From Trichosphaerium sp. ATCC 40318 (taxonomy: Eukaryota > Protista > Tubulinea): a stretch of 64,000 nucleotides of DNA. Of the stretch, positions 1 through 13,460 are shown piece after piece. The notes beneath the pieces are model-generated. The model saw only the letters and a program-made list of their open reading frames with translations, was not told the origin of the DNA and did not search any database. Where the stretch lies: contig JALMLS010000311.1 in NCBI GenBank assembly GCA_038496445.1, positions 124,001 to 188,000 on the forward strand. Reading direction: 5' to 3'. The translations under genes and the position numbers were made by a program. How positions within the stretch are numbered: position 1 is the first letter of the stretch; each line of letters opens with the position of its first letter.

Positions 1-47
1 TTAAAGTCAACGAACTTCCTTGATTAAAATAAAAGTTACAACTCACA

Positions 48-1400
48 ATGAAGACCTTGGTTGTTTTTGTTCTGTTTTTCGCTCTAGTATTAGCTCATGG
101 TTCCTGTGAAGATGACCATTGCGAAAAAGAGCAAGTAAGTGACACGTATTACTTAGATTCTTTAAAGAAGCTCGAATCGCGTGAGTATTTGATGCTAGGT
201 TCCGCTGTTGGTATGTTTTTTACAAATTTTTAAAATAATTACCGTATTGACACGTGTACAGGGACAATAGATCATTTCATATTTCCAGAAGGTAAAAGTA
301 ATGAAATGTCTATATTAGAGGCGGTAGAATATACGTTAGGTGCGTAATAAACCATTTACAGTTGACATTAACTTTCAACAAATAGAGCGACAAATCTCAG
401 TCTTGCCGAAAGGTGCACTATAACTTTCATCAATCCATTTTATAGTAACAATGTAAAGGGATGATAGACAGTTCGAATGTGCTCATGGTTGGATCCAATA
501 TGGGTGCTTCTGCTAGGTATCTGTCAAGGAAATATGATTGTTTTGTCACTTGTTACCACGGATCGAAGAAGCACAACAAGTATCATAAGCTAATGTCAGA
601 ACTTTCATTTGCTGGGCGTAGTGGTGGAGAAGTAAGGAAATCTATCAAGTCACGTGCTTGTAAATAACGGTTATGGATATAGGTCGTGCGGTGTGATGTT
701 TCGAAACCACCATTGCCAAGCGATGATGACCAATTCTCTTTGGCTTTTGCAAATGATGTAGGCGGTCATTTAACAGTAGAAGACAAGCTAGCTTTTTTCA
801 AAGAAATACACAGGTATACGAAAATCTTCTGAAGAAGATGTTAACTATTGATTGTAGAAGCATTGCACAGAATGGTATTTAGGATGTTTAGATTTATAGA
901 GACTAATGTACCAAAGGATATTTGCTCATGACTGATTTTCATGAAACTGCGGTTGACCATGCTCATGATGCTGAGTTTATGAAGCACATGATTACTTTTG
1001 GAGAACAAAAAAAGTTGCTTGAGGAGGCCGGTAGGTTACAGAACTTTTGGTGCGTAATTACTTACATAAATTGTACAGGTTTCGAAGACGTAAAGAAATA
1101 TACGGTGCAAACAGCTGATGATTTGGAAAGTTTTGAAAGGGTTCTAAAGGGTGCGGACACCTTCACGTTCCATTGCATCTAATGTTTGATATAAAGAACT
1201 CAAGAGTGGTACTTCATGTCACGTTTTGAGGGAGACGCTTAACAAACGTGAAAGAGATACATTGAGAACAGGCAAACTTTACTTACGTAGTCCTATCCGT
1301 TCTTACGTTATTTTTAGATATACAAGATAAACAGTTCTTGTTGGAACATGATATAATAGAGTGGATTATGTGGACAGCAAAGAAACCAGGACGTTGGTAA
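48..1400 (+). CDS. Multi-exon class I SAM-dependent methyltransferase-like protein (sarcosine/dimethylglycine N-methyltransferase-like) with N-terminal signal peptide
   Basis: Spliced model: MKTLVVFVLFFALVLAHG (signal peptide) ... VLMVGSNMGASARYLSRKYDCFV (motif I-like) ... KLAFFKEIHRSIAQNGYLLMTDF ... LLEEAGF ... EWIMWTAKKPGRW*. Confidence 0.6.
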
Positions 1401-1710
1401 AATGTGTAAGGTAAATATAGCTTGAACAAAACCGAACTTGTGAAGTTAATAAATTATCAATGTTTGACCCTGCAATCGATTAACTGCATCATGAGTACCA
1501 CCAACTTAAGACGCTTTTATACAACAAAAAGAATTTGTGCTTAAACATTGTACTCAAGCACCTGTTGGACAGCATTGTAGTGCACACCACGTGATTTTCC
1601 AATTTGTATCAACATTCGAGTTAACGTCCCACAACTTTCCAGTTTAAATCTGGTATTGGCTTATTACGACAGCTATGTACAAAAATTTATTCTCTGGGTT
1701 TTTTTATAAA

Positions 1711-2841
1711 TCAAGGGCCATCTGGTAGTGACATTACAAGAGCTGTATTAACAAAAAGTTAATGTCACAATAAAGTACTGAAAACAAAAGCTATCGTACC
1801 AATTTCGGACTCTTCTTTACCATCTCCTTCTGCTAAGTCCATGAAAGAACCAAAAACTCCACCATCTTCAATAGCATCAACATCTAGAGGTTTCTCTGGC
1901 TCTTCTGGTTCTTCAACAAACTGCATCCAGCTGTTATTTGTTTTGCTCGCCACAGGTATTTTAGGTTTTTCAATAGGTGCAGGTGGTTTGACCTTAACAG
2001 GAGCTTTGAAATTCTTCCAAGCACCAGTTTTTGTAACGGTTTTTGTGACTTGTGGTTTTGGCTTTGTCAATGGACGTTGTGTCGTATATCTACTGTTACT
2101 AGCGACTGGAGGAGCTCTTATTGGAGCTCTTATTGGTGCTGTTTGTGTTTTATAATTGTTGGATGACGTTGGTTTCGAATAAGGAGGCTTTGATTTTGGC
2201 ATGACTTTTTGCTTTTTGGCAACACGTGGTTGAGTTGTTGTTCTTGTTCTCTTTTGTCCTTTTTTGTTCCATCTTGATTTATTCTTGTTTATAATACTAA
2301 CGTCATCTGGCAGCATTGTAACAAAGCTATCATCCTCAGGTAATACCTTGTTATGACGTAAGAATTGAAACGTGAAAAAACAGTATTGTTACAAAACCTG
2401 CCTCTTTCTCTTTTACTTGTGGCTTTTTTTCAATATACTTGCTCCATTTGTTTATCTTTGGTGCTTCCGGTTTTGTAGACGTTGATTGATTTTGTGTAGG
2501 CACTGGTCTAGGTTCGTTTTGTTTTCTGATTTTGGCGGTTTAGCGTTAAAAAGCTGTCAAGTCATAATTCACCTCTCTTCGCGCTCTAGTGTTGCTGCGT
2601 TGGTAGCTTCTTGCTGCATACCACGGTTCATACTTAATTCTTGGCATAAAGGCCTCAAATCTTTGGCTCTGTGGGCTTTACCATACACCTACGCGTATGA
2701 GAGTATTTTGTGTTGTTTTTGTACCTTTTTTACTGATTGTTTTGAGTGACATATTCGGCACTGCCATTTATTGCTCTTCTTCTTCTGTTGGACCTGGAAT
2801 TGGCCACAGGAATAACATGAATAAATATGATATTCAGGCAT
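1711..2841 (-). CDS. MRNIP: MRN complex-interacting protein (C5orf45 family)
   Basis: N-terminal Zn ribbon MPEYHIYSCYSCGQFQVQQKKKSNKWQCRICHSKQSVKK|VYGKAHRAKDLRPLCQELS, then a low-complexity tail. Confidence 0.75.
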
Positions 2842-2948
2842 ACTACAGCACAGTTCTACATGCGTGTACCGTTAAAGCGTTGCGGTGTTCGCGTAAACCG
2901 TTGGCTAAGCAGCTGTTTGGCGATAACTTAAGAAGAAACCGGATTGAC

Positions 2949-3848
2949 ATGGCACTACTGATGAAGGGCAAAGTACAGTTCTCTTTGAGCACTAAACGGA
3001 AGAAATTGGCTCCTTCTTCCTTATTTGACGTAGCAGATGAGCCTGAGGTACAACCTGTAACGAAAAAGCCAAAAATATTACTGGAAGATTCTATTGCGCG
3101 TAGTAAACGTATTGAGGTACCTTTTACCGTTTTTTAAATAATGAAATTCTAAACCAACAAGAAAGAAGCGCTCTTCTACGTAGAACGAGAGGAATGGAAC
3201 ACTGCTCTTGGTAAAATACAAGAAGCGATAGCTTATCATCCCATGTGGGCACGTTTACATGAAGAAAAAGCTCAAAGTGCGTCGACAGCCTTATTTCTGA
3301 CTAGCAATAACGCTTGCATAGTTTTGATGCAATTGGACGAGTTATTTCTTGCAATTCAGTCTGCGCACAAAGCAACATCTATAGATCCTAAATGGTATCC
3401 CGGTTTCCTTACTTTGGTACGTTGTAATACTTCTAACACGTGCAATTATAAAAAGAACTAAATAGGGGAGATGTCAAGCAAATTTCGGTGAACTTGATCT
3501 CGGTCTTGAGTCTCTACTACAAGCGAAAAAATTATCACCAGAGAACGCAGAGATTGACCAAGATATACAATGGTTAAAAGATTTGATAAAAAAGCAACGT
3601 CAACTCGAAGCAGATCCCAACATTAGGATAGAACGGTACGTCAAAATGGCTTAGAATAATTAAGTCTTACTTGCTTTAGTGGAGTTGTTATTGATGTAAC
3701 TGTAAAAGAAGCTACACCATCAATGTCGGATATACTATCACAAACTATTAAAAAAGAAGCAGAGAATGCTGGGACGTGTGTAAAGGATGTTGATATGGAG
3801 GACGCTCCTCCAACATTCAAGAAAGATGCCTTTTTTCAAGGTGATTAA
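2949..3848 (+). CDS. TTC33: Tetratricopeptide repeat protein 33-like
   Basis: Five exons giving ...ARLHEEKAQILMQLDELFLAIQSAHKATSIDPKWYPGFLTLGRCQANFGE...EIDQDIQW, matching the TTC33 TPR pattern. Confidence 0.7.
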
Positions 3849-4069
3849 TTGTAATTTGTAAAAGACAGAGCCAATGGCGGCCATTTTTATTTGTTGTTTG
3901 TACTGTAACGTAATTTATGTCGGATTTTTATTGCTCTGCGTGCGAACTTGTCCACAGGTCAATACTATTGACTATAATATGAGACTAATATTGACTCTTT
4001 TCAGTGATTGAAAATAAATTCACTTGAGCAATGATTGATAATTGGGTCTTAAAATATAAAACTATCGCA

Positions 4070-5281
4070 ATGGGCAACACATTTGACACTAGTTCGTTTA
4101 CGAAGTGCTGGAGTAAACCAGAGAAAACAGGAAAGAGGAAGAGAGATACATCAGCTCCCGAAGAGAGTCCAAAGCCAACAAAGAAGGCTAAGGTTGGAGA
4201 AAAGGAAACCAAGGACGAAGAAAAAGCAACAGGCCAAGAAGTAAAGCTCAAAACCAAGGCGGCAAAAAAGAAATCTGTTAAACCTGAAGTTGTCACTCCA
4301 GATACCAAAAAGGCCACCAAGACTAAGAAAGTAGGCAAGGCTTCTTCGCCACAAAAGAGTGCTGTACCTGATCGAAAATCCAAAAATCTATCAGCACTTT
4401 TTAAAAAGGGTCTCAAAGATCTTGATGCACCTGGTGCATTCAAAGTACCAAATCCAGTAATTCGAAGACCATCTGTACTCCAACAGAAGAGCGATGCAAG
4501 TAGTCAGGTTGACTCTGTTGCAAACACCAAGGCACCAAAGAATGCCTCAACCGAAGAAAGACGCCCAACTGTCACTGAACAACCTAAAGCATCTAGACCA
4601 ACCAGACGAAGATCAACGAGTTTCCTAAAGAGAAACGAAGTTCAGCAACCACAAGAAACTGGTGAAAAAGTTGCCGAGACTGAAAAGATTCGTAAAGAAA
4701 AGCTGAAACAAAAACTACAAAAAGAGTTAGAAAGCTTCAAACTCTTTGAACCAACAATCGAAATCCCTAACACGGGTAAAGATTATGGTAAAGCTTTTGA
4801 AGCAAGACAAGCAATGGCAGCTCGAAAGTTCGAATCACATGAGAAAGAAGCGGAGCCAAGAAAGAAGTACAACGATACTGAAAGTGAAGATGAACCAGTA
4901 CCAATGCATTGGTCTCAGGACTCTACACCTGTAGAATCCCTCGAAGCTGTTGAATCAATAAAAGAAACCATTGACACTGAAGATAACATGATATGCTCCA
5001 AAGAAAACATCGCTTTAACACAGTCACATCTCCACAAAAATAGTAAGTTTACATTCTAAAGATTCTTACTAATGCTTTCGTGCTTAGTGCCATTAGACCG
5101 CCTGTTTACATTGTTTATGACAAAAAACAGAATCCACAAAAGGCTTTGTGAGTTACTTGATGATCCTGGGAAATTCGTAGATTGTGCTGAAGAACACGAT
5201 GTAATGTTTTGTTTGACCATGATCCTTGAAACATTGGCACCAAGTAAACTTGGTGGAGTAGCGGTAGTTGAAGCACAATAA
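4070..5281 (+). CDS. Hypothetical Lys/Glu-rich low-complexity protein with small C-terminal domain
   Basis: About 970-nt open exon plus one GT-AG intron near 5043-5088 into exon ending ...VAVVEAQ*. Confidence 0.55.
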
Positions 5282-5567
5282 TTTGTTCCTTCGAACACTT
5301 GACAATAGCATGTTGGCTTGCCCATATACGTTTGTTTTAATCTCCAAGTCAAAAGTTTTTGGTCGCAAGAGCAAAATGATTCATTGACTTCATTAAAATA
5401 AACTTGTTTACAAAATCTTGCAACTTATTTAATTTACTACCTACACTTGTAAGTAATAATGTGTTTTATTGTGATTTGTAGGTACAACAGTGTTTGAAAT
5501 ACCGAATGTCAGAACTTTTTTTTAAGTGACCGCACGTGACCAAATTTTTCAATGTGAGCGCACTAAC

Positions 5568-7728
5568 ATGGTAGTTACAACGTTTTCAATTCAATTTTAG
5601 CTTACTACAATAGGACCAGCAACAAAAACGCGCTCACTTCGCGCGAATAAGTGAAGGCGAGGCAGAAATTCCTTGGAGTGTTTTTTTGGAACGTATAACG
5701 GTATGAGACGCCTAAAAACTTTTCTTAATAAGTATCGCATAAAGTCTACACAACCTGATCTCGCGCATAAAATACGCCATCATGGCGCTTCACCATCAAC
5801 AGTAGATTACGATACGTTTGTATCCTTGATAAAGCACGTGGAAAATGCCGGTAACGGTGAAAACAAGGTGAGCCTTTTTTGGGAAACTTGCTAGCGTACA
5901 ACTAACTTGTTTGTTGTCAAGACGTTTGACACAACGTCCTCTCAAGTACGGTAATTGATTAAACTCCATCTTGACATAAAATATAGCGTGTAAAGACATT
6001 AGAAGCTAGACTTGATAATGCTGCAAACGCCAGAGAAGAGGTGTAAAAATTGTTCGTACTTTAACTTACATTTGTAGCTTCTTCAACAAATTTCAAGTCA
6101 CGTGCGGACAGAGGAAGAATTGAAAAAGAAACTACGTCGTTTATCAAGAGATAATGAAGGTTGGGATAAAGCAAGCCAAGAAGTAGAGGAACTTAAACAT
6201 GAGTTGCAAGAAGCAAGTTTTGCCCGTTAAACATAGAAATATGTAAGCTAAAGACTATGTAGTTGAAGAGAAACAAAGAAGACCAAGACCGAGAACTGAA
6301 GCAAGCTACCGGTTAGTATAAACTTACATACTTTTTTCTCGATGTTTGTTGAAGTTAACTTTCCTCTAGACAAAGTCGATAACTTGAATAAATTACTTTC
6401 GGAAAAGGTACTTCAAAACCTTATGATTTTATAAGCAATATTGTGACTCGAATTTGAGCTTCGGTCTCTGAATGATGCAAGAGACGAACTTGTAAAAACA
6501 CAGATCGATTTACGCAAAGCTAAAAACTCATCAACACCAAGAAGAACAGAACAGCAAGTGACAAGAAACGAAAACACAATGGAAGTAAGTTGACCTTTAA
6601 TGAAAATCTGACTCTATTATTTTTTTTTAACGCAGTTTTACTAGGCAACGAATAAAGTATTCAAACAAAAAATAATTGGACTCATTGCTGCGCACGTTCT
6701 TTTTGTATTATAGATAACCCATTTAATTTTTAACATGTATACTTTAGAAATGATAGGTAAGAGTTTATAAATTCAAAAAAAATGATTGTTCACAAAGTAA
6801 GGCTTCGTGATCACTTGCACGATGAGACAACAAAATATAAAGAAAAACTACAAGTAGCTCGAAAGGAGATAGAAACTCTTAAAACTCAACAGGTCTCAAA
6901 ACAAGAGATATCTAACGGTATACCCACGATAGATGTACAACATGTTGCAACAACAAATGAAAAAATTGAAGACGATAAAATTGTAGAATCACCTGACAGC
7001 GTAGTCATTGATTTGGAAAAACCAGAAGAACTTGAGAATAGTATGTTCAAAAAAAACTTTGTTCACGTGATTTATTCGTTTTTTAGATGACAATTCAAAG
7101 CCTAATGATCGCAATAGTTTGGTATGTTTTACCATCAAACAATACAATTTTTTTTTCGTCTAACGAAGGAATAGGTAACAAGTGGTGGCGCAGCACGGTT
7201 TCTACGTACAAAACTTTTCTTCTTTTAACTTTTTTCTATTCACATGTTTTTTTTTTGAATGCTGAAACCATTTCAAGGTCGAACAGAAGCTAAACCATCT
7301 AAAAAACGCTTGACATTAACATCTTCAACCAATGATAGTGATAAATTTGATGGTAGCTTGCAAGAATCGATGGAGTTTGTAGACAGCATGAAACTGGCAA
7401 GCGCACTTGAACCTTTCTTTCTACTCTTGGCTTGCTTCGTTAATAAACAGTAATATTAGGAGTTTGATTATGAAAGAAATAAAACAGATACACCCTATGC
7501 CAGGACAAGGAGGGTCCCTTATAGACCCAACAACCGAATGTCAAAAGCAAGCGAAAAAACACCATTAATACGTAAAAAACGGGGAGAAGAATCAGAAGAT
7601 TCAACAGGTTTGTAACTGACACATCTCAAAATCACTAACCTGATTGTTCGATAGGATGTCGGGTACACATGTGTTGCTGTTATTGTGGTTGTAAATCGTG
7701 CTGTTGTAATAGTTGCACTATCCTTTAA
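5568..7728 (+). CDS. Coiled-coil protein with degenerate EF-hand-like N-terminus, Cys-rich tail and CaaX box (CTIL)
   Basis: Many short exons joined in frame; last exon GCRVHMCCCYCGCKSCCCNSCTIL*. Confidence 0.6.
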
Positions 7729-7975
7729 GATCAAAATGTCCAAATAAAATTAATAAAAAAACCAAAATATCGCATTGACTTCGTGCCAGTTCCTCCGTTA
7801 ATTTTCCCGCATTTTCTGCCTCTTAGAGACCACGGATAGAGTCATAATTTACACTAGTACTTAGCGCAGTCTTTGAGTGGATGTATGTTCCGCGGAAAGC
7901 AGTGAAAAGAAAAAAAGTAGTCCAACGGTCGTCAACAAACTTGCATACATCCAAACCGTGCATAGGGCACTCGCA

Positions 7976-8604
7976 ATGGGAAGGAAGACCAAAAAGGCTC
8001 CAAAAACCGTCGAAGGTGTCACACTCAAGCGTAAGACTTCACTCGTAGGCGTAGCTAAGCGTGATATACTCGCATTTAACCCTACACCGTTTCAACTATC
8101 TGTTTACCATCTGGCACAACACATACCAGCAGGTGAGCAACATTAAACCGTCTGGTAGACCCAAACCTCCTTTTTAAACGCTACAAACCTATTTACACGT
8201 CCGTTATCGCTTTACAATACACTGATTTCAAAATTAAAGGTACTGTCAGCACATATGGTCAAGTGGCATCTCTGTTAAAGTCTAGTCCTCGGGCTGTAGG
8301 TCAAGCGCTTCGAAGAAACCCGTTTGCACCAACGTACGTCCACTATATTGCCCATACAGCTCTAACGTTTGAAAGCGTACCGTGCCATCGAGTTGTTGCA
8401 GCTGGAGGCAAGATGGGTGGATTTACTGGGAAGACAAGTGGTCCAACGATAGAGAAAAAAATACGATTACTTCGTGAAGAAGGAGTGGAATTTACAGAGC
8501 AAGGGGAAGTTGAAAATAATGCAATATCTCCCGAATGCTTGATATCACGTGAATCCTTAATTATACACGCAAACAAACCAGTAGTCATCACCAACGTAAA
8601 GTAA
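7976..8604 (+). CDS. MGMT: O6-alkylguanine-DNA alkyltransferase (MGMT/Ogt C-terminal domain)
   Basis: TPFQLSVYHLAQHIPAG|TVSTYGQVA...SPRAVGQALRRNPFAPT|VPCHRVV with intact PCHR active site; two introns. Confidence 0.9.
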
Positions 8605-8772
8605 AACTACCTATGGGTATTTAGCGGCTAAATACAGCCGTTAACTGTTCAGAGATAAAATCAGTACAATAAAAAAACATTTTGTTATCTTTAACTTTCT
8701 TTTATTTACTTTTTTACAATTTGTACTGTTGCACATAATAACGTATAATGCTACCGCAGCGAGGTTTTACTC

Positions 8773-11700
8773 TTAAGGTTTTCGTGCTTCAACAAGGGCA
8801 CTCTTAATCTTAGATACCCTAAAAAGAAATATTTAGATTATAATCAATAAAAAACTTGAACGCACCAGTTGTGATAAGATTCTTCATGGCTCATATTAAA
8901 AACATACTTAGCCACAGGCTTTCTCAGTGTTTTTAACATAAACAAGAAGTTATCAACACCTTCACTCTTTTCATCCAAGGTGTACTTCCTAAAAGAAAAT
9001 ATGTAAGCCACTCAATCCAGCAACACGTGGCAATCCAAAAAGTATTGCAAATTCATTCTTTAAAACGTACAAAGGTTCCATTATTGTAGCTCTTAGTTCA
9101 AGGCGATGTTTTACACTTAATTTCTGTTTCCCTCCTTTAGTGGAACAAACCAGAATACAATCAGAGAAGACGTATACAGTCCTCTCTTTTAAGTGAGCTT
9201 TAGAGCTCGAGGCAACAGCTACAAGTACTTGACCGCTCTAATAGAACAAGTGAGTATAATGAATGACACGAAGAAGACTATTAAAGACTTACAGTGATGA
9301 ATATACGACTATGATTGTCTAAAGGATTGAACCTCTTAAAAAGCGGTTTCAAAGACTTTAGCTTTTTAAGATTGGCATCTCTGTCAACAGTTTTCCATAA
9401 AGGTACAAACTTTTTTGCTTCAATAACAGTTTGTTGTAATGGCTGAGGAGGAACTAAAGACAAAAAATATTAACACTTAAATGTCACGTGACTATTGGGA
9501 GTTAACTTACGTCCTTGTATAGGCATGGCATATTGAACATGTTGCTGTTGAACTTGTTGAACATGAACTGGTTGATGTTGGTGTACAGGAAACGAGTATG
9601 ATTGCGACATGCGTTGAGCTATTGGTTGTCCAACACTGATTTGGTTACTTCGAGATTGAGGAAACGTTTTTGTAGCATCTGCCATTGAGACATATTGTGG
9701 CTGTACATTACCTTTCCCTGCAGCTAAAATGTTAATTAAAATCACTACAAACTTGACGATTCCGTTACGTACGTGGCATTTGTTTGACAGGTTTGTGGAC
9801 AGGTGGGATTTGGTCTGAGTACGTTCTCGAGTGAAAAGATACTCTTGGGTTACCAGCAGCACTTGTTTTATAAGTCATTTGTAGAGGTGCGCATTGACCT
9901 TTAGAGAACAGTTGGTCGTCTAATTGTATAGGTTCCTCTTCTGGTAGAGGAGGTAGTGTATGAGTATCCATACGAGGTGTACTAACTGCAATATCATCTA
10001 ATGACTGACTACTCTCGCTAACAGAATAGCAAGTATTTGGCTTAGCCCTTGGACTTCTAAGTCGAACAAGTTCTGGTCCTGGGAAAGCTATTGCGAGGTT
10101 CAAGTCATTTCTTGGTGTGATTGTAAAGTCTGGTCGAGGCATTCCGTTAAACTTCGACTTAAGACTTGGTTTAGGACTTCTACGATTTTGTTTGGGACTT
10201 CTACGATTTTGCTTAGGACTTCCACGTGTTGAGCTTAGTGGAGAATCGGATATTGATCTTGCTGAGTAGTTTCCTGAGCTTGTTCTAGAGAAAGACAAGT
10301 TTGTTGATGTACTACATGATCTTGAACTATTTGTAGATGTACTCCTTGATACGGAGCTGTCTTCAAAATCAAATACTTCACTAATGCATTTCTCAGCATC
10401 GGTTGACTTGTACTTGCTAAAAAAAGAAGTTAACGTCACAAAAATATTTCAGAGTTAAAAAATATTTTTCTAATCGTTTTGTAAAGCTCACCTTGCTATT
10501 TGAAGGGGAGATAGACCATTTGCACTAACAACATCCAAATTCGCTCCATTTAATATCAAGTATTGGATTACAAGAGAGCGGTTGAAAAGAGTTGCAGCTG
10601 TAATTGGGTATTCACCTTTTGACCCAAATCGATGATTAACACAATCACCTACCTATCGAAGAAATATTAGATTACTCAGCTCCTCAGCACTCATAGTTAT
10701 ACCTCGGCAACACATTGAACTACTCCGAGTAAATCACCTGTTTCTACAGCATCTTTGAGGCCATCATAAACAGCTTCTTTTGTAGCATAACGTTTCCTAA
10801 ATAGGAAGTTAGAAAATAAAAAAAGAGATGTTAACCGGAAGAGCCCGGGCTCCTCTTCAACTTCAAAACAACTTACTTTAGGTATCTTCTGTTCATGTAC
10901 TTATCTTCGATAAACAATCTTTTTGCAGTTCGGGATGCGTCAGTATCGATCTATGTTCACGTGAGCATGACGTGATATTTTTTTTTCAATACCAAAAAGA
11001 TGCTAGCACGTACCATACCCAACCCAATAGCACCCCAAATATCGTTAGATTTTGTGTTACCTATAGCCATAATAACCTGTAAACGATTATTAATTATTTG
11101 ATCAATTTCGAAGGCTGTTGTGGCTAAAAATACAAAGAAGAAGAAAAAAAAATGTACATTTTACACGTACCTCAACAATAGATGGAGGAAATAAATCAAT
11201 TGCAAAAGACTTTACTCTTGAAACACCCAATGTTCTATGAATACTTGCACATTGTACACACAAACATATGCATTTATTCATACTAACCCAAGCAGGATCT
11301 AAATAAAAAACGACCATTAAAACACCATAAAACACAAGGTACTTGCGCTAAAAAAAAACAGTACTGCTTGCAACACTTACCAGCTTGACCGCAATCAGCA
11401 CATTTACAGTTATTACTACGAAGCTTTTTGATTGTAAAACCACTCAACTCTGCATCCTATTTTATTATCCAAGTAAGTAAGTAAAGCCGAAGAGAAATAG
11501 ACGAACGGCGGCCCGTAAGTTTGTAAATTTAGAAAAATTGAAAAAGAAGAAACCAATAGTTATAAAAATACGTACGTTGTTGAACATGATACGTTTGAGT
11601 GCTTTTACCCATTTTCTCTGATCTTTATAGTTTTCTAGGCGGATATGAATGCGCTTAGAAGGCATTACTACCTCAAAGCTATCTAAAACGAAAAGCGTAA

Positions 11701-13460
11701 GTACATAAAGACGTGGAGAAATGTTTTTTTTTAACGAAAAAGTTTCAAAAAGAAATTTGCTTTAAACTGTATTTTTAGAGTTTGTTAACCGTCTGTTCTT
11801 AAAACGTACCACCATACTCGTTTATATTCAACGTTGATAAATCAAAAGAGTCATCTGGAGAGGCATGGTGATTCTTGCAAATATAAAGCGTTGTTTCTTT
11901 TAAAACAATGTACTTAGAGCTCCATGAGTCACGCTTACGTGATATCTTTGCTTTACTTTGCTAAAAACGGACCACGTAAGAACACAAAAAGGAAAAAAAC
12001 AAAAACAAAAGAAAAGGTAAGAAAAACGTTTTTCGAGCAAAAAAACTTTCTAAATTTGATTTTTGTTTGAGTTTGTCAAAAAAAAAAAGAGAAACGGTTT
12101 TGTCTCTCTTCAGTGACGTTTCGACGTACAATTGTAGCCTTTTGTAGATGCTCTTTCAAAGGCTTGTATTTCTAATAGACAAAGAGGGTTAGATAAATAT
12201 AGCATAACGAGAATTTTTTGAGTTGAAAAAAATTCGAAAAAGCCTACTTACCTTTTTTGTGTCTCGTTTCGTATTTTGTGAGAAACCTTTGATAATGTTA
12301 ACGACAGAATACCAAAAAGTACTCGTACACTCTTGAAAAGCCTCTTTGACGCCATCACCAGTTGTTCCGGATACTTCATGATAAGCGCATCCAAAAGAGT
12401 GTGCAACTGCCTCCCCTTCCTTCTTGGTTACCTTACGCTTACTTTTTTGGTCATCTAAAGCAGATTAGAGTTGACAACATGCAGTAATAGGAGAAAAAAG
12501 AAAAAAAACTTACAATGAGTGCCAATTAAGGTGAGCCAGAAACCCTTTCCTTTTGCATTCTGAACATGCGAATGCATAGTTTTTACCTCATCAAAGCTAG
12601 TGAGGTTAGTTTCGGAGCTTTTTTAAGGCTGGTAATGAAGAAATTCGTCACACCTTTCAAAACTTGTGATATCGAATGCAATCACGAATGCATCGCCATC
12701 AGATAACCACTGAAGGGTGTTAGAAAATCATGGAGAAAAAAGAAAAAACAGTCCAAATTTGCTCTATCCGAAAATTATACTCTAAAACAAATTCTATACA
12801 ATATAGAACGATACACAAACGATAAACTGAGCGTTTAACTAATTTTTAGTGAAAAGTTACGCACCTCTTCGTATTTTTGCACACAGGAAGGCGAACCACC
12901 TACGTCCATGATGGAAACGGACGCCTCTACGATAGGTCGTAAATAAAACCGTTTCACTTGATGGTCTGCACTATTTTTTCTTACCTTTCCGATTACTACC
13001 TTCTCCAGTGTTTATTTTGAGTCTATTCGACGCGAGTAAAAGTCAGAAAACAGGAAGACAATAGAAAAAGGGTAAAATTGGATTGGTTTTGCTCTATGTT
13101 TAACCAAACGCACCTATGAAACGACTGTAGGGTAGGAGGCACCATTTTGCAAGATTGCCCCGTCAACCGTAAAATAGTGGAAGTTTTTCCACAGCTCTCT
13201 GAACCCAGTACGACCAAAATAGCATAGATAAGCACACAACAAAATTATGTAGTTTCCTACTTACCACTGTGAAATCCTTGGTTACTTTTTTTGCCATTTA
13301 TTACTTTTTTTATAACAATTTGAGTATGTGTATGTGGTGAGGGGTTGCATACACTGAGTGTACAAGTGGTGAAAGAAAGCTTAGAGGACAAGACTTCTCT
13401 TGACGGCAACTCGCCGGAGTGCTCCGTTGAACTTTGGTTGCAAAAATGTTGGTTTGTCAT
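8773..13460 (-). CDS. AGAP/centaurin-gamma-like protein: Ras-like GTPase + PH + ArfGAP + ankyrin + Ser-rich linker + second PH-like domain
   Basis: VVLGSESCGKTS, MDVGGSP, LIGTHYD, EVSG; PH ending KDQRKWVKAL; ArfGAP CADCGQADPAWVSMNKCICLCVQCASIHR; ankyrin LILNGANLDVVSANG. Confidence 0.8.
10171..10220 (-). repeat. Coding 21-nt tandem duplication (SPKQNRR x2, then SPK)
   Basis: ggacttctacgattttg repeated at 21-nt spacing. Confidence 0.8.

Noticed and set aside
1841-5352. Antisense ORFs such as 1841-2155, 3985-4443 and 5056-5352 (and similar ones inside gag-pol)
   Set aside because: Shadow frames of real genes on the other strand; no motifs.
7205-7277. Apparent AG-less acceptor before MLKPFQG
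   Set aside because: A canonical tttcaag acceptor at 7277 restores the frame (FLR|RTEAK).
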